A stretch of 64,000 nucleotides of DNA from the human T2T-CHM13v2.0 reference genome, Homo sapiens. Shown one piece after another: positions 39,213-51,720 of this stretch. The position numbers and the translations under genes were made by a program. The number at the start of each line of letters is the position of its first letter. The first letter of the stretch is position 1. The stretch lies in NCBI RefSeq assembly GCF_009914755.1, contig NC_060930.1; one strand, given 5' to 3'. A model generated the notes under the pieces. That model was given only the letters and a program-made list of their open reading frames with translations, ran no database searches and was not told where the DNA came from.

Positions 39213-39311
39213 CATAAGGTGTTTTCTTTCCAGAATCTGAGGGTCGAAGGAGTCCCAGAGATTCAGGATGTACTCAAGAGGAGTGCAGGATGAAGATTGT
39301 TCATTACCCAT
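38715..39311 (-). CDS. Open chimeric frame, 198 aa: ERV Gag N-terminus (33 aa) + L1 ORF2p C-terminus (~109 aa) + L1 3' UTR read-through (56 aa). Expression unproven
   Basis: Part of the 246-aa ORF-track frame, counted from the Gag ATG. The openness of the frame is directly visible; coding function is only a hypothesis. Confidence 0.2.
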   Translation of the reverse strand: MGNEQSSSCTPLEYILNLWDSFDPQILERKHLMDLEPEIPFDPAIPLLGIYPKDYKSFYYKDTCTRMFTMSPFTIAKTWNQAKCPSMIDWIKKMWHIYTMEYYASIKKDELLSFSGTWMKLENVILSKLTQEQKTKHRMFSLRRELNNENTWTQGGEHHTPGPVGGWGARGGIALGEISNVDHRLMGAANHYGTCIHM

Positions 39312-40521
39312 CTGAAAAGGGGGAAAATGGCATCCCTTAGTTCCTTTCTTTCTTCCAGCTAAAACCTGGGGTATGTGAGGGAGAGAAAAACAGGTGTCCC
39401 TTTCTTTCTTTCCTCCTTTCCTTCCCCAAGTCCTGGCAGCCACTACAGGAGCCACCCATGGATGTAAGGGTGACCTCCAACCAAGGGGTGAGAGGGCCCA
39501 CAGGTGGGGCTATTTGTACTTACCTACACTGCACCCTAACCCTCTGCTGTCAGTAACATTTGGGTACCCTAGGCCTCATCTATGCCATGGATGTGAGTGA
39601 GTCATCCACCCATGAAGCAGGAAGGCCCAGTTAGCTGGGATAGTCATGCCTATGTATGCTGTGCCCTAGCCTTCTGCTGTCAACTGCCTCTGGTTCCCTC
39701 AGATCTAGTTTTCTTCTCAGAGCTCCAAACAAAAGCTTGGAAAATACTTTGGAGTAATGTTAAGGTAAAGCTGTGGAATGAGATCCTTCTCAAACAAAGG
39801 TAAAAGTGGGAGTCCTGGGAATTGGGGACCTGGCCTAATAAGATCCCTCCCAAGAGGAAAAAAAATAGTCCCTTGCACATAAAAGCTCCTAGTATTCACA
39901 GGATTATGTTGACTACTAACATAGTGGAAAAAACAACTTAAAAGCAGAGAAGGAAAGGTGACTTGAGGAAATAGCCTCTTGCTCTGTACTAATGGGTTTC
40001 TTCAACAGGGGAAAGAAATCTCTCTTAATTGTTACATCCCGTGTTTCAAAGAATAGATAAAAACAACATCATTCTGGATTAAACTCCTGATGACTAAGCC
40101 AAATGCTCATTCTACCCAGTAATGTTATCTCTTTGGAAGTCTTGGTCAGACACCTGAATCTGCTGTCAGGGATTGGAGGCGGTTTAGGCATCTTCAGGTA
40201 ACACTAAGGTGTGGCCTTGGCCAGATACCTTCAGTTGCCCCAGGACCTTATTCTGATCCCACATGATGGCTAGGCATCTGTGAAGGGAAACTGGATTTGA
40301 GCAAGGCCAACATTCTCTACACCCTAGGGTGAAGGGGAGTTGACAAAGTCCTCCCCAGCAAGCCTGTCCTCTGAGTCTTTTAGTTCAGCAGCTACACTAT
40401 CTTCTCTTAACTGGCTGACAAAGGTCTGGTGTTTAATTTGTTTTCAGAAAAAATCTGAGGATGAGGAGCCTCAGAATGAAAGTAAAGAGTCACAGGTCTG
40501 CTCTTACTCACCCTTCCAAAG

Positions 40522-40539
40522 ATTCTGGATGAGCCCCCA
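40522..40539 (-). promoter_or_regulatory. tRNA-Pro primer binding site
   Basis: Minus strand TGGGGGCTCATCCAGAAT versus the tRNA-Pro complement TGGGGGCTCGTCCGGGAT, 4 nt from the LTR edge. Confidence 0.9.
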
Positions 40540-40543
40540 GAAA

Positions 40544-41155
40544 TGTGTGGCGTTTTTGCTCCTGTAGTTCAGTGAGCTGGAGAGAGTGGCACCCAGGGAT
40601 TCATTCCTCCCCTCCTGTAGTGGCTACTTCTTTCCTGTTGTTTGGGAGTGTTACTGCTGTTTTTACTCCTGCTGCCTGCAGCTCAGTGAGCAGGAGTGTT
40701 ACAGCTTTTTCACTTCTGCAGTTTGGTGAGTTCTGGGTTCTGGTCTTGTGACCAAGAGGAATAAGGTACACAGACATCAGAGAGTAAGTAAGGAAGAGTA
40801 GAATTTTATTGAGCAGCAGAAAGAACGCTCTCAGCCATGAGATGGGACCTGAAAGCAAGTTGCCATCTGTGAGGCTAAGTCCAGGGGTTTTATGGGCTTA
40901 GAATGGGGAGATGCGTGCTGTTTGGTCCATGGGTAGTCTTGGAAAAAGCACCATTTGATTGCTTAAAAGGCATAATTCAGAATGAACCGAGAGAGTGGGT
41001 AAGATGGGGATAGGAGTTCTCACCCTGGGCATGGACTCTATCTGATACCAGGAGCTTGGTTTTCAGGCTTTAAACTGTCCTTGGCTTGAAGGTTGGGTTT
41101 CACCAGGGACTCATCCCTATCTGCCTAGAAATTTGTCTGTCTCCTGTTGCTATCA
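40544..41155 (-). mobile_element. 5' LTR (LTR9B-like), candidate promoter
   Basis: Minus strand starts TGATAGCAACAGGAGACAGACAAATTTCTAGGCAG. CATAAAA TATA-like box at ~40888-40894, AATAAA at 40805-40810, then PBS and splice donor. Confidence 0.9.
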
Positions 41156-44039
41156 AAGGTAGCCAAATGTGACAATCATAGAAGTTCAAAGGAAAGTGTA
41201 TGTCAACAATAGAGTTTCATTTTGAGCAGAGAAAAAGGCTCACTGGTTTCAGGGAACTGTAGACCATTTGTGGTCTTACCAAGAGGCTGAAAGGGTAGGG
41301 GAAGAGAGCCAGGGTTGAGTGCAATGAAAAATGCAAGTTAAGGAAACAAATATATTCAGAAAAGAGGTTTTCCAGAATTTAACTATTAATGGAAGGAAAG
41401 AGTAGGGAAAGTGAGAATAAAGAATGAGGAATATTTGATTAGTTTTAAAGCTAAAGAGAAATGTCCGTTTCAGAAAGAGGTGAGAGAAAAATATCCAATC
41501 ACCCATCTATTAAAAAGGAGGATAGCTATGTGAGGGATGTACATCCCCTGTAATACAAAAGGAGGAAGAATGGAAGAATACATGGGGGCCCATAAACATG
41601 GGCTCAGAAGATACATCATGTGATTTGGAAGGGTTCCTGTCTGAGGGCTTCTATGTTGGTAAAGCAGAAGGTAAATCTATTTGCTGAGAAAATTGATGAG
41701 ATATTTTTTAACTTACAGAACCCTTTCCAAGCACTCTAGAAATTACTAAAAAATAGAAGAGGCAAGAGATATTAAGAGATATGTAGAGTTATTAAGTCAA
41801 TTAAAAGCAATAATATTGAAAAGCCAGATGGTTAATGTTTAACATATAATTTTAAATTTCCATATTTGCATAATTTTCATAGATTACAACCACTTCCCTC
41901 TCCATTTCATTCAAGCTTCACAACAACAATAAACTTCAAGAGCTCTATTATGTAACTACTTCATTTAAATATACTAAATGATATCAATTACAATTAAATT
42001 AACAATGATCTTCCCATTAAGAGACAATCATCATTAACGTTTTTCTGTATTTGTTCCTATATATGCTATCATAGATATGTCTTCCAAAGGACCCAAACTG
42101 GCCCAAACTGTACATTTAGTTTTGTAATGTAATTTTTAAAATTGAAATATTAATTTTGTACATTTTCTACACTAAGATTATAATCAGCATTGTATTATAT
42201 CAGTGTACTAATTTGGGAGGAAATAATTTTTACGGTATTGATAATTCCTATATTTTTCTATTTTTTAGGATTCTCAGGGAAGTTTAATAGGTTTCTTAAT
42301 ACTGTCTTGTGCAGAAGTCTTCAAGATCTTCTTCATGGCCAGCCCTATGGTTTCATTCTGTACTGCACGCTTCATTTTCACAACCCCATCTGTTCTTTCC
42401 CTTCTCCAACTTTTGAAAGCCACATTTATTTGAACGATTTGGGGAGCAGGTAGAAATTGTTATTCTTCTGAGGAAATGTCTTGATTTTTTTGTTAGCCTG
42501 TTTACCTCAACTGGTGGAGTTTAGTTCTGAGGTTATTGAACATAGTTATGACTCTTCACTTGCTTTATTATAGAGGAGTTTTGTGATTAGCAACTTTCGC
42601 CTGCACAGTGCCTTCCTTACTGAGAATAAAGAATAATTCTCATTTGTAATCATCTAGCTGTTTATGCAGCCACTATAAGATGACAGTGTGGCGATGTTAA
42701 TGAGGAATTACAATTCTATACGGCAGTGTTATGAAGAAAAGATACTTTTGGATCCTTAGATTTATGTTACAAATAATGCCCTCTTTCTTTGGCGACTCTT
42801 ATTGTTAGATTAACTCATCACCAAAACCACATTTGAGTAGGACACTAAATGAATATTTTCTTTAAAAACTTCTAAGGACTTACACAAAATTGTAATCTTG
42901 TTATTTTTAAAATCAAGGAGTTGAAATAGGAAAAACAGGAGTGGGGAATAGGAGGAAAAATAAAAGAAATGAAAGTAGACATGACAAATTTTAACTTTCA
43001 GCAAATAAAATTGAAGCCAAGTTTTTGTGAGACTTAGCAAACAACCTTTACCCGATGCTGTGATCCAGATATAGAAAAGAACACAAATACTCTTCCCAGT
43101 GGGAGCTACTAGGATCCTAGGGCAAACCTTTCAGTTTGACTTTAAATTCTCAGATATTGGTGTATTTTCATTGTTTATTCTCCCTTTTTCTCTGTGATAA
43201 ATAAGTCGTGATCACCATCTTTCCCCTAGTCTTCCCTTTATGTAACATCCATATTTTCTACATATTCCATTTCTTCATGCACATTTAAAAAAAATGAACT
43301 AACATATATTTCAAAAGTTACTGTAGTCTTTATGGGTTTTTTGTTGTTGTTGTTGTTCTTAGAAAGAATTACTATTCCTTAGTAAATTTCTGGAAAATCA
43401 CTGATAAATAATTGTTTAAAACTACCTATGGTAAAATTTACTGATATTTCTTCTACTTTAAATTTTTAATGACTTCATAAATTATAACTTAATTGATACA
43501 GTAATAAATGAATTATGGAGGACAATAAATTAAGATAAAATCTCATCTGATATGAGAACAATCAACTGTGAACTAAAAACAAGTCAAAACCTGTGCGTAG
43601 AAACTTTACCTTCAGCTAAAAATCTCCTGAAATCACTGAGTTTTGAGTCAGTATACATTCTAGAATATAGTCACGTTGCAACGGCAAGTTAAGAATGTCT
43701 CCAGTTTTTGAATTGAGAACTCCCTCCTGTCTGTGCTTTCTGATAGGGAAAATGAGAAAAGCTTTTGGATTAGCCATTCTGAAACTTGACAATACGATAT
43801 GTAGGATAGTTGCCCACAAGCAAATGCTTCAAGGGATATGAGAGAATACTAATGTACTTTTCCTTTATTATAGGAGTTCCTATGTGTTCCATGTGTATCT
43901 TTCTAAATATTTAAGTGTCAGGTTCACTTGTTTACTCTAAAATGTAGATATATTGATATTACTCCATCTACATTAACTTCCCAGTCTTTTCTGTCATCAT
44001 TTAAAGACAGTGTAAAGATTAGTGCACAGTGTGTAGTCA

Positions 44040-44950
44040 TAGCATATTCATTTAGTCAAATTCTCATTCACTGCAATAATTCAATGAAGATGTGTTGACA
44101 GCCCTTAGGTGTTAGATGCCCTAAGCAAGGTCCCACAGAGTGCAAAAGCTAATGAGTCTCTCAGTTAAGAAGGTTGCAATCTGTTATATAGTAGGAATGT
44201 ACATTTATAAATTAATGCTTCAGTATATAGATGCAATAGTAGCTGTATAAACAATCTTAGAGGAAGGTAAAAATTAGTCCAGGATATCCAGGCCTCTTGA
44301 AAGGTAAAATTTGAACTCACTCTAAAAGTGAGTATAGACTTGCCATGGGAAAGAGAAATGAGAGGTATTTCAGCATGGTATGCCATGCTATTTCCTATCT
44401 CTAATTTACCCAATGACTCACAGAGTGAAGAATTATATTGGCAGAAGTTTAGTGTCTGTGTCAGGAAGGAAGGAAAGTAACTAAAATGGTAGCTTGGGAA
44501 TGTTGTTTGTGAAGTTAAGAAATTTTGACTTTATTCTGTAGGTAGTAAGGAGTCAATAGGTTTGTGAGCAAAAAATAACATGATCAGATGCTGGTCTTAG
44601 GAAAATACTCAGGTAGCAGTGTTAGGGGTGGACTTGAGTAAAAAGCGACAAGAGTGCAATTTTGAAAGCAGTTGCAAAATCCCTTATGAGATATATTGAG
44701 GACTTCAATGAAGTCCTGGATGGAAAGGAAGTTACAGACGAGGGTACTGAAAAAAAACAACAACAACAACAAAAAAAAGAGTCACTCATTTAATAGCTAG
44801 GAAGGCCATTTCTAGTTCAATGGTGGAAAATAGAACATAGATATTGACTCTTTAGAATTAAAGTGATTTGAGATAATATACCAAATACAGATAAGTCTTT
44901 AAATAAAATTGATTATAAAAAGAAGAAGAAAAATGGGGAAGTAATTTAAG
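44040..44950 (-). mobile_element. L2 LINE remnants
   Basis: cattcatttagtcaa..., ttttgactttattctgtaggtagtaaggagtcaatagg, atgatcagatgctggtcttagga. Confidence 0.6.
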
Positions 44951-47159
44951 CGAAAGAGGAGGAAGACATTGGAAAATTTATGGGTTTGTTTGCTTGTTTA
45001 ATAAAAATGCTGGCTTGTCCATGGAAAGGTTAAATCTCAGTTTGATCTGTGTTGTAACATGTGGCTGATGTGAAGTTTAGGCATGAAGTGAATTATGTCA
45101 TTTTTTGGACTATCCTTTTGAGACTGTTTTAAGAAGCCACCAAATAAAATGAATGTTTATACTTTGTACGTTAGTGGTGAGAAATCTACAGCCAGCATAG
45201 AGGAACGTTTTCAGAAGTATACAATCTTATTTATGGTTTATTGCTGATTTTTTCTACAGGCAGAAAAATCTGTAGTGGCTAACTCCTACCTTCCTTGAAT
45301 CTGAATGGTTGTTGAACAAGAGGGGTGCCTGAGTACAAAAATAAAGTGATGAGTTTACATAGCATCGAATTTGCTTACTAAGAGTGAGGTTTGCTAACAT
45401 TTTCATTGCCATGCCTCTCCTTGAGTGAGTTGCAATTAGGCTGATCCAGGAGAAAAATACCAGTCAAATGAGCTTTACTGTTGAAATGCTGGTGGATAAT
45501 GGTGAAACTAATGTGTTACAAGTCTGGCCATAACATAATAACATGTTATTAATTTTTTCATGTTCAAGATATTTGGGTATTATCAGCACAAGCATGCTTA
45601 GTTAAACCGTAATGGGAAATATACAAAGCTTTTCAACTCAAGTACTACTTAAATTCTCATACTATTTACCAGGGAAAGATATAAAAAATTGTTTTTAAAT
45701 TCTTAGGGAAGTCTTTTAAACATGTGGATATCAAGCTACTATTTTTGTATGTAGTCTATTCCTATCATTTTGTTCCAGCTCTTCATTTGTGTTGTGAGAT
45801 CTTGCTGGGCAAAATGCTATTCCTGTTACTGACTACAGATGCACTAAATGCCTATAACGACACATTTAACTCCCATGATCGTCTAATTTTACTTTCCCTA
45901 CACTGGAAGCTCCTCCAGTTCCAGGCTTTCTTTATAGCTCTAGACAGATATAGCTAGAACTCAATATGTGTTTAAAGGCAGTGAGTTCTTTGGTATTGCT
46001 TTTTTGAGGCTACTTTATTTGAAAGTGAAACGTCAATTTTTATGTAATACATTTTCATTTTATTGTAGAAAGTGAGAAAATCCTTTTAGTTACTCAAATC
46101 TGTCTGAGTGTTTTGTGTTACATATCATTGAGGAATTGGACGTCAGTGTAGTATAGGACTTTTTCCCATATAGTAAAAATACTTGATAGCTGACGATTTT
46201 GCTTCATAAGATTCTACAGTCAAACTTTCTCTCAACCTACTATAATGGGACTTGGCACACAGAGTTCTAACTCTTAATGTTATTTCTTGCATCATTTTAC
46301 ACCTTTTAAAATGTCCTCAATGACTCAAATCCTTGGCCTTTGGAATGTGTTTTGTTAACTGGAAAGATGTAAACAGCTCATTTAACTTGACCTTCAAATG
46401 TTCCTTCCTTCCTCCTTTTGGTATGAGCATAGCACAGGCCGTTAATATCTGTGATAGCCGTGAAGTGGCATCCACCTCCCCCAGCTCTTCCCCTTCGTGA
46501 TGCCAGTCATACTTCGTCAGTACTGACAAGCAATTATTAGTCTTTGTTTCCTTTACACTGTATATTGGCAAAACAATCATTGAAAGGAATTGTAGAGGGA
46601 GAAACCACTATCTTTGCACTATTGTGGTAACACAGCTTTTAGGCTTGCTGAGAATATCCATTAGTTTTGTCCTCTTATCTAAAAATGATTTCTTCTTTGC
46701 TTTGTATTGCTCTGGGAGTTGAATATTTCACCAACTTCTGCCACATTAGGGATGGATATCTTTATTTCTTCAATAACTGGGGTCTTTTCCCTATTGCCCT
46801 CTGTTCCATGCTTAAAGGCATTCTTAGTACATTTCAATTCCAGTTGTATTAGCTGTAATTTGGGTACTTTTAAAAAGCCTATTTGATTCTCAAGAGCTTT
46901 TTCCATCTTTTTTATTGGTCTGACCTCAGTCTACTAAGGCAAATTGGTCCCGAGGTATATTCTTATAGACTGAATGTGTAAAGATAGCACAGGGACACTT
47001 AGCTAGGTGCTTTACTCAAGTTACAGCAAAGAAACTTTATCTTTGAAGTTTTTTAATTATATCAAGCCTTGGAAGTAGGGCAAGTTTTGCTTAGTAAAGT
47101 TATTCTTTCAAATTTTATCATAAACTCTCAAGATCCATGATTTCTTAAAGATTTTACCT

Positions 47160-47600
47160 TTTGGAAATAAAGGTAGACCACCCAAATGACAACAAACAAA
47201 GGCAGTTATTCAGAGCTTGCTGTATCAAAGGAGTCAGCCACCATGAATTAAATTTGGCAGAGACTCAAAGACAGGCTGTGGATAGAAGCCATTTATAGTG
47301 ATAAAAAATAAAAGGTGTATAGTGATAAAAAATAAAGGCTTTAGATATGCACTGTTGGAGTTTGTTGGCATGGGGAAGCTGCAGGTAGGCTACCTAGAAG
47401 CAGGACATCCTATGCAATTGTTTGAGGAACATTTTGGGCTTTGTCTAGTTCCTCCTGAATTGGGGGTGGGACAAAGCAGTAGGAAAGCTGGCAGCTATTG
47501 ACAAAGGCCTGACCATTCTGGGCCAGTTACTACAGAGATTGTGGTGTGGCTTCTTGGGCTGGTTGTATCTTAGGTTGTAGGTCAGAGTTCTATGGCTAGG
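47160..47600. mobile_element. Old ERV1 LTR (MER89-like)
   Basis: ttattcagagcttgctgtatcaaaggagtcagccacc...tttggcagagactcaaag...ggcatggggaagctgcagg...ggcttcttgggctggttg. Confidence 0.65.
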
Positions 47601-50029
47601 TTTTTTTTTTTAATCTAAAAATCCAGCAATAACAATGCATTGTACTCTGCTAAAAAGTGTCTAGGTACTATTTATATCTATTGGATATAAATAGGGTTGG
47701 GTTGCAATCTATTTATTCTTTTTTTAACCTATTGCCATTATTACTCTGTGAAAAAATAAAAAAACACTTGATTGAGATAATGCATTTCATGGCTAGCTCT
47801 TGTGAAAGAGTTTCACTTATTATAATCATGGCTTTGTAGTCTACATAACCTTGAAAAAATCATTCAGCCTCTCCAAAATGTATTCTATTAGCTATATTGG
47901 GAAATATACAATCATATTATTCCTGTGCTCTCTGTCTTTAAAATTGTAAGATCATTATAGTTTTATAGAAATACGAGTGAGAAAAAATTTTTAAAAATAC
48001 ACCACTAAAAGTCATTAGGATTCTAAACACAGGATAGAATTTTCAGAGAAGTAATGAAGCTAAGTACTTTCCAGATGGGTAATTTTTATCATACATACAA
48101 CAGGGACAGGATGTGGAAGAGGGTCTCTATGGACCATGACATGTTGGGTAGCAGGCAGGGACTAGGAAGGGTTTGCTTCTATCTATCAGTAACATATGCA
48201 GATAGCATACTATTCATTTTGAGAAGGAAGGGCAACCAAATTTTAGGGGTCATCTGTGGAGAAATGGAGACAATGATTATCAAGGTAAAAAGCTGCCTAT
48301 GTTGGATTCCATATTTTTCCTGATCACGTTTCCTGACTTCAAGTTGATATAAAGGTAAACTCAAAATTATTGTATTAAACATTTCTTGGCTTCCTTAGTC
48401 ATAGCTTAGATATGTCTTGATCAATGTATTTCTAAAGACTGACTGACTCTCATGGCTGTTCTGACTTCCTATCCTCATCCTACTCTATTAAATAAGCAAT
48501 TACATTACACTATTACAAAACTACAGAGAGTATCAATAAAGTTTTTTAAAAAACTCAAAATGATAAATAAAATGGTTATCATTTTGAGTTATACCTTGTA
48601 GACTTATAGGTAAAGAAAATTGTTATAAGTAATCAGTCAATATTTCACTGTGTGAAAATTCTATTACATAAAAAGTATTTTTTCTACTGGAAAAAAATTA
48701 TTCTCAGAAGAGAATAAAACTTGGCATAGATTTTTGTATGTTACATAAATTTCTAACTGAAGTTTTAGGATAGGCATAGGTTTATTCTGCAGTTTTAGAC
48801 ATTAGAATTATAATTATACATGTTTGCATTGTATATATTTTCTGTGGACGAATTTATATTGACTATTGACTGGACAGTGATAAGCATTAATGAAAGAATG
48901 GTTTAGGAAAAGTTTTGAATCTTTTATATAATGTTATAGAGATGAGCTTTCAGTCACTTATGCTATCCAAATCTCAAATAAAATATGAGCGAATCTTGGT
49001 CTTAGTGGCCTTTGTCATTCTTCCCATTGTGTATGATCACAATGCTAGGTAGAAATGAAAGACACACTTTTTTGTTGACTGAAATGCCCTGCAGATGTAA
49101 AATAAATGTTCCCAACTTAAGGCCTTTTAGTACAGAAAAAGTTCCAGAGTGAATACTCCAAAGATGGGTGCCCATTGTACTCAGTATAAGGACCTGACAT
49201 TCATGGTATTTTTGCACTTGGATTGAATTATTGATTTTAAAAAAGGAGAAACTAAAGGAAGAAAAAAAGAAGGTAGAAGTAGGATGGGAAAGATGCCCAA
49301 AAAATGAACAAAATAACAGAAAGAGGCCTGATTCTGAAAAGACCATAGCCGCTGAATGAGTCAGATTCAAGCTGTGATGCTTAATCTGGGCCCTTACTCT
49401 TTGTTCTCAGCTCCTTTCTGGTTCTAGTCATTTTGATAAAATATTTTAAAGTTATTTTGCCTTTCATATATTGATAGCTCTAGTTGGCAGAACTAGGCAT
49501 TAACAGGTGTAATCATTGTTGCTTTCTATTTAAGTGAGAGTAATTCTCTCCTTGAACCCACAATATTTTCTTTTTATCACAACCTTTAAACATACCCAGA
49601 GATTAATTGTGCATGCCAGGATTCTAAGAAATGAGAGATTTAGTCTCTATTTGTAGATTCAACCTCGCTTTTACATTATGTGAAGTTTGTTCACTGAGAA
49701 CTTGAAACCAGACCAAATAAACTGGGCAGCTTGAAAAACAGACAAACAAACAAACAAAAGCTGAACATAGATGATCAAGGTAAAAACTTGAGTGTCAATA
49801 TCTTTATCACTCACTGGTTAATGTTCTTGGCTAGATTACCTTCTTTTTCCACTCTTGTACAATTCCAATTAAAATTTTTATTTTGACATCAAAACCTGGC
49901 TTCCTGAGTGTCTTGAATAAATACAGATTGATAAGCACTTTGGCCAATTATATCTGAGAATTCTTCTCTACTCATTACTTGATTTTTGCATCAGTGATAA
50001 AATATCATATCTTTAAAGAGGAAGTTAGG

Positions 50030-50490
50030 TCACACTGTCTCCTAACTCCTTGCCTTCATTCATGCATTTATTCACTCGTTAAATCAGTCTGTTTCATTAT
50101 TGAGGCCTTTCCTCTCCTGTATGGCTACATTTTATTCTCAGGAGAGCAGTGAGAGATGTCTTTTTAAAATATAGATTAGTAAAAATCTGCCTTGAATTCT
50201 GTTGACACTTGGAAAAAAATTATAATATCTTTATCATGGAGTTAAGGTGTGAAGAGCAAATATGATCTCTGTGCCTTGACCTTTTATCTAATCTCTCTCC
50301 TTTCTTGCTGTGCTTCAACCACCACTGCCTTTTTATAATTTCTAGAAGCTAAACTTGTATATTCCTTAGCATTAGTGCTAGTCCGTTTCATAGAAAGTTC
50401 TTCCCCCAATTTTCTATGGCTCACTCCTTCCTGTGATAATTATTTCCTTAAATGTCACTTCTTCTGAGATGCTCTCTATGTTTCTTCAAT
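50030..50490 (+). mobile_element. L2 remnant
   Basis: gagcagtgagagatgtctttttaaaatatagatt, tggctcactccttcc, aaatgtcacttcttctgagatg. Confidence 0.6.
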
Positions 50491-50494
50491 CACT

Positions 50495-51720
50495 GCATTC
50501 CTTCAATATTGTACTAGGGGTGGTAGCCAGCACAAAAAAAAAAAAAAAAGGAAAGAAAGAAAAGTTCTAAGAATTGGAAAGGGAGATACGAAACAGTCAT
50601 TTAATAGCAAGTTGTTTATGTGTGGTGAAAAATTTGAAAGAACCTATAAATACACTATTTGGATCAGTAAATGAATTAGCAGAGCTTCAGAATTTGAGGT
50701 AATTATACAAAAAAAAATTTGTATATTTTTATAAACCAGCAAAACACAATGAGAAAATGAAACAATGTGAACACCTTCATTAACATAAAAATAACCAATT
50801 ATCTTGGGATAAATGTGAAAAAGAAAAATAAGACCTCTACATTAAAAACTATAAAACATTATTACAAAAAGTTTTTTTCTGAAGACCTGAGTAAATGGAA
50901 GGATATAGTATGTTCATTGGCTTGGGAGTATTCCAAAAATTTTTAAAGTATCAGTTTATTTCAGGTTGATCTACATATACAATGCCAACAGAAATTTCCA
51001 TATGTATATGCATATTTTTGTGTGTGAATGGTTTGAAAGACAATGAGCTGTTTTCAAAATGTATATAGTAGTTATTCAAAGAACCAAGGAAAGCCAATAT
51101 TCCTTTGAAGAAGAACGATGAAACTTTCAATATGTTGTCAGAAGACAGGACAGTAGTTATATTTAGGGAGGAAGGTGGGATATTGGTTAAGAGGGGACAG
51201 ACAGGGATGCCACACTACTAAGGTGCTAGCCTATTTCTTGGTAAGAGTCACCATTAAAAAAATGAGTTCAATTAGTAGTAACTCATTGGCTCTATACTTA
51301 CCTTTTGTGTGCAATTCAAAAATTTTTAAAAACTCTTTAAGAAACATTACATGTGGATATTACGTGTACTCTTTGATTTAGTTCTGGTTTGAAAAACAAG
51401 CTGCAGACACATTTTGATTACCAATAGAGGAATTTGAATAAAGATTTTTGCATTCTATAATGTTAAGAAATTACTATTAATTTTGTCATGCATAACAATA
51501 GTGTTGTGGTTGGGTGAAAATGTCCTTATTTTCTTGGCAATATATACTAAAATATTTAGAGTTAAAAATACATAGTTTGTAATTTTCTTTAGAATGTTTC
51601 TGCAAAAGAATTTTTAGTACACAAAATATGGCAAGACTTTAACTGCTGTTGAAATTTATTTATGGCTATTTGTTTTCTCATTACAATATTTGGTATACTT
51701 GAATGCACAAAAAATTGTAT
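50495..51720 (+). mobile_element. Ancient L1M (L1ME-like) ORF2 and 3' UTR fragments
   Basis: ttcaatattgtactagggg...aaaactataaaacattatt...gaagacctgagtaaatggaaggatat...tgttcattgg. Confidence 0.7.

Larger units (their letters stand above)
37260..39311 (-). pseudogene. HUERS-P3-like gag, decayed and interrupted by L1
   Basis: MGNEQSSSCTPLEYILNLWDSFDPQ start, LLNQTLSTTEKQAALQVADKFGDEL...AVPLEDPNWD capsid segment, zinc-knuckle remnant CPICGGDYWRVDCP. Confidence 0.9.
25755..41155 (-). mobile_element. ERV1 provirus, LTR9B/HUERS-P3-like, gag-pro-pol without env, carrying nested HERV-L and L1PA
   Basis: Two homologous LTRs, tRNA-Pro PBS, PPT, and gag/pro/RT/RNaseH/IN remnants in order on the minus strand. 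Flanks AAAG and AAGG give an imperfect 4-bp TSD. Confidence 0.92.

Noticed and set aside
39312-39455. 48-aa N-terminal extension of the 246-aa ORF
   Set aside because: It starts at GTG in the viral leader, which would be intronic if spliced. The Gag ATG at 39311 is the plausible start.
41200-42300. Possible L2 and L1ME remnants
   Set aside because: Too degraded for me to assign family or boundaries reliably by eye.
49002-49370. 122-aa minus-strand ORF, and similar ones at 20380-20712, 24529-24876 and 7635-7955
   Set aside because: Phe/Leu/Ser-rich composition typical of chance frames in T-rich DNA, with no recognisable domain.
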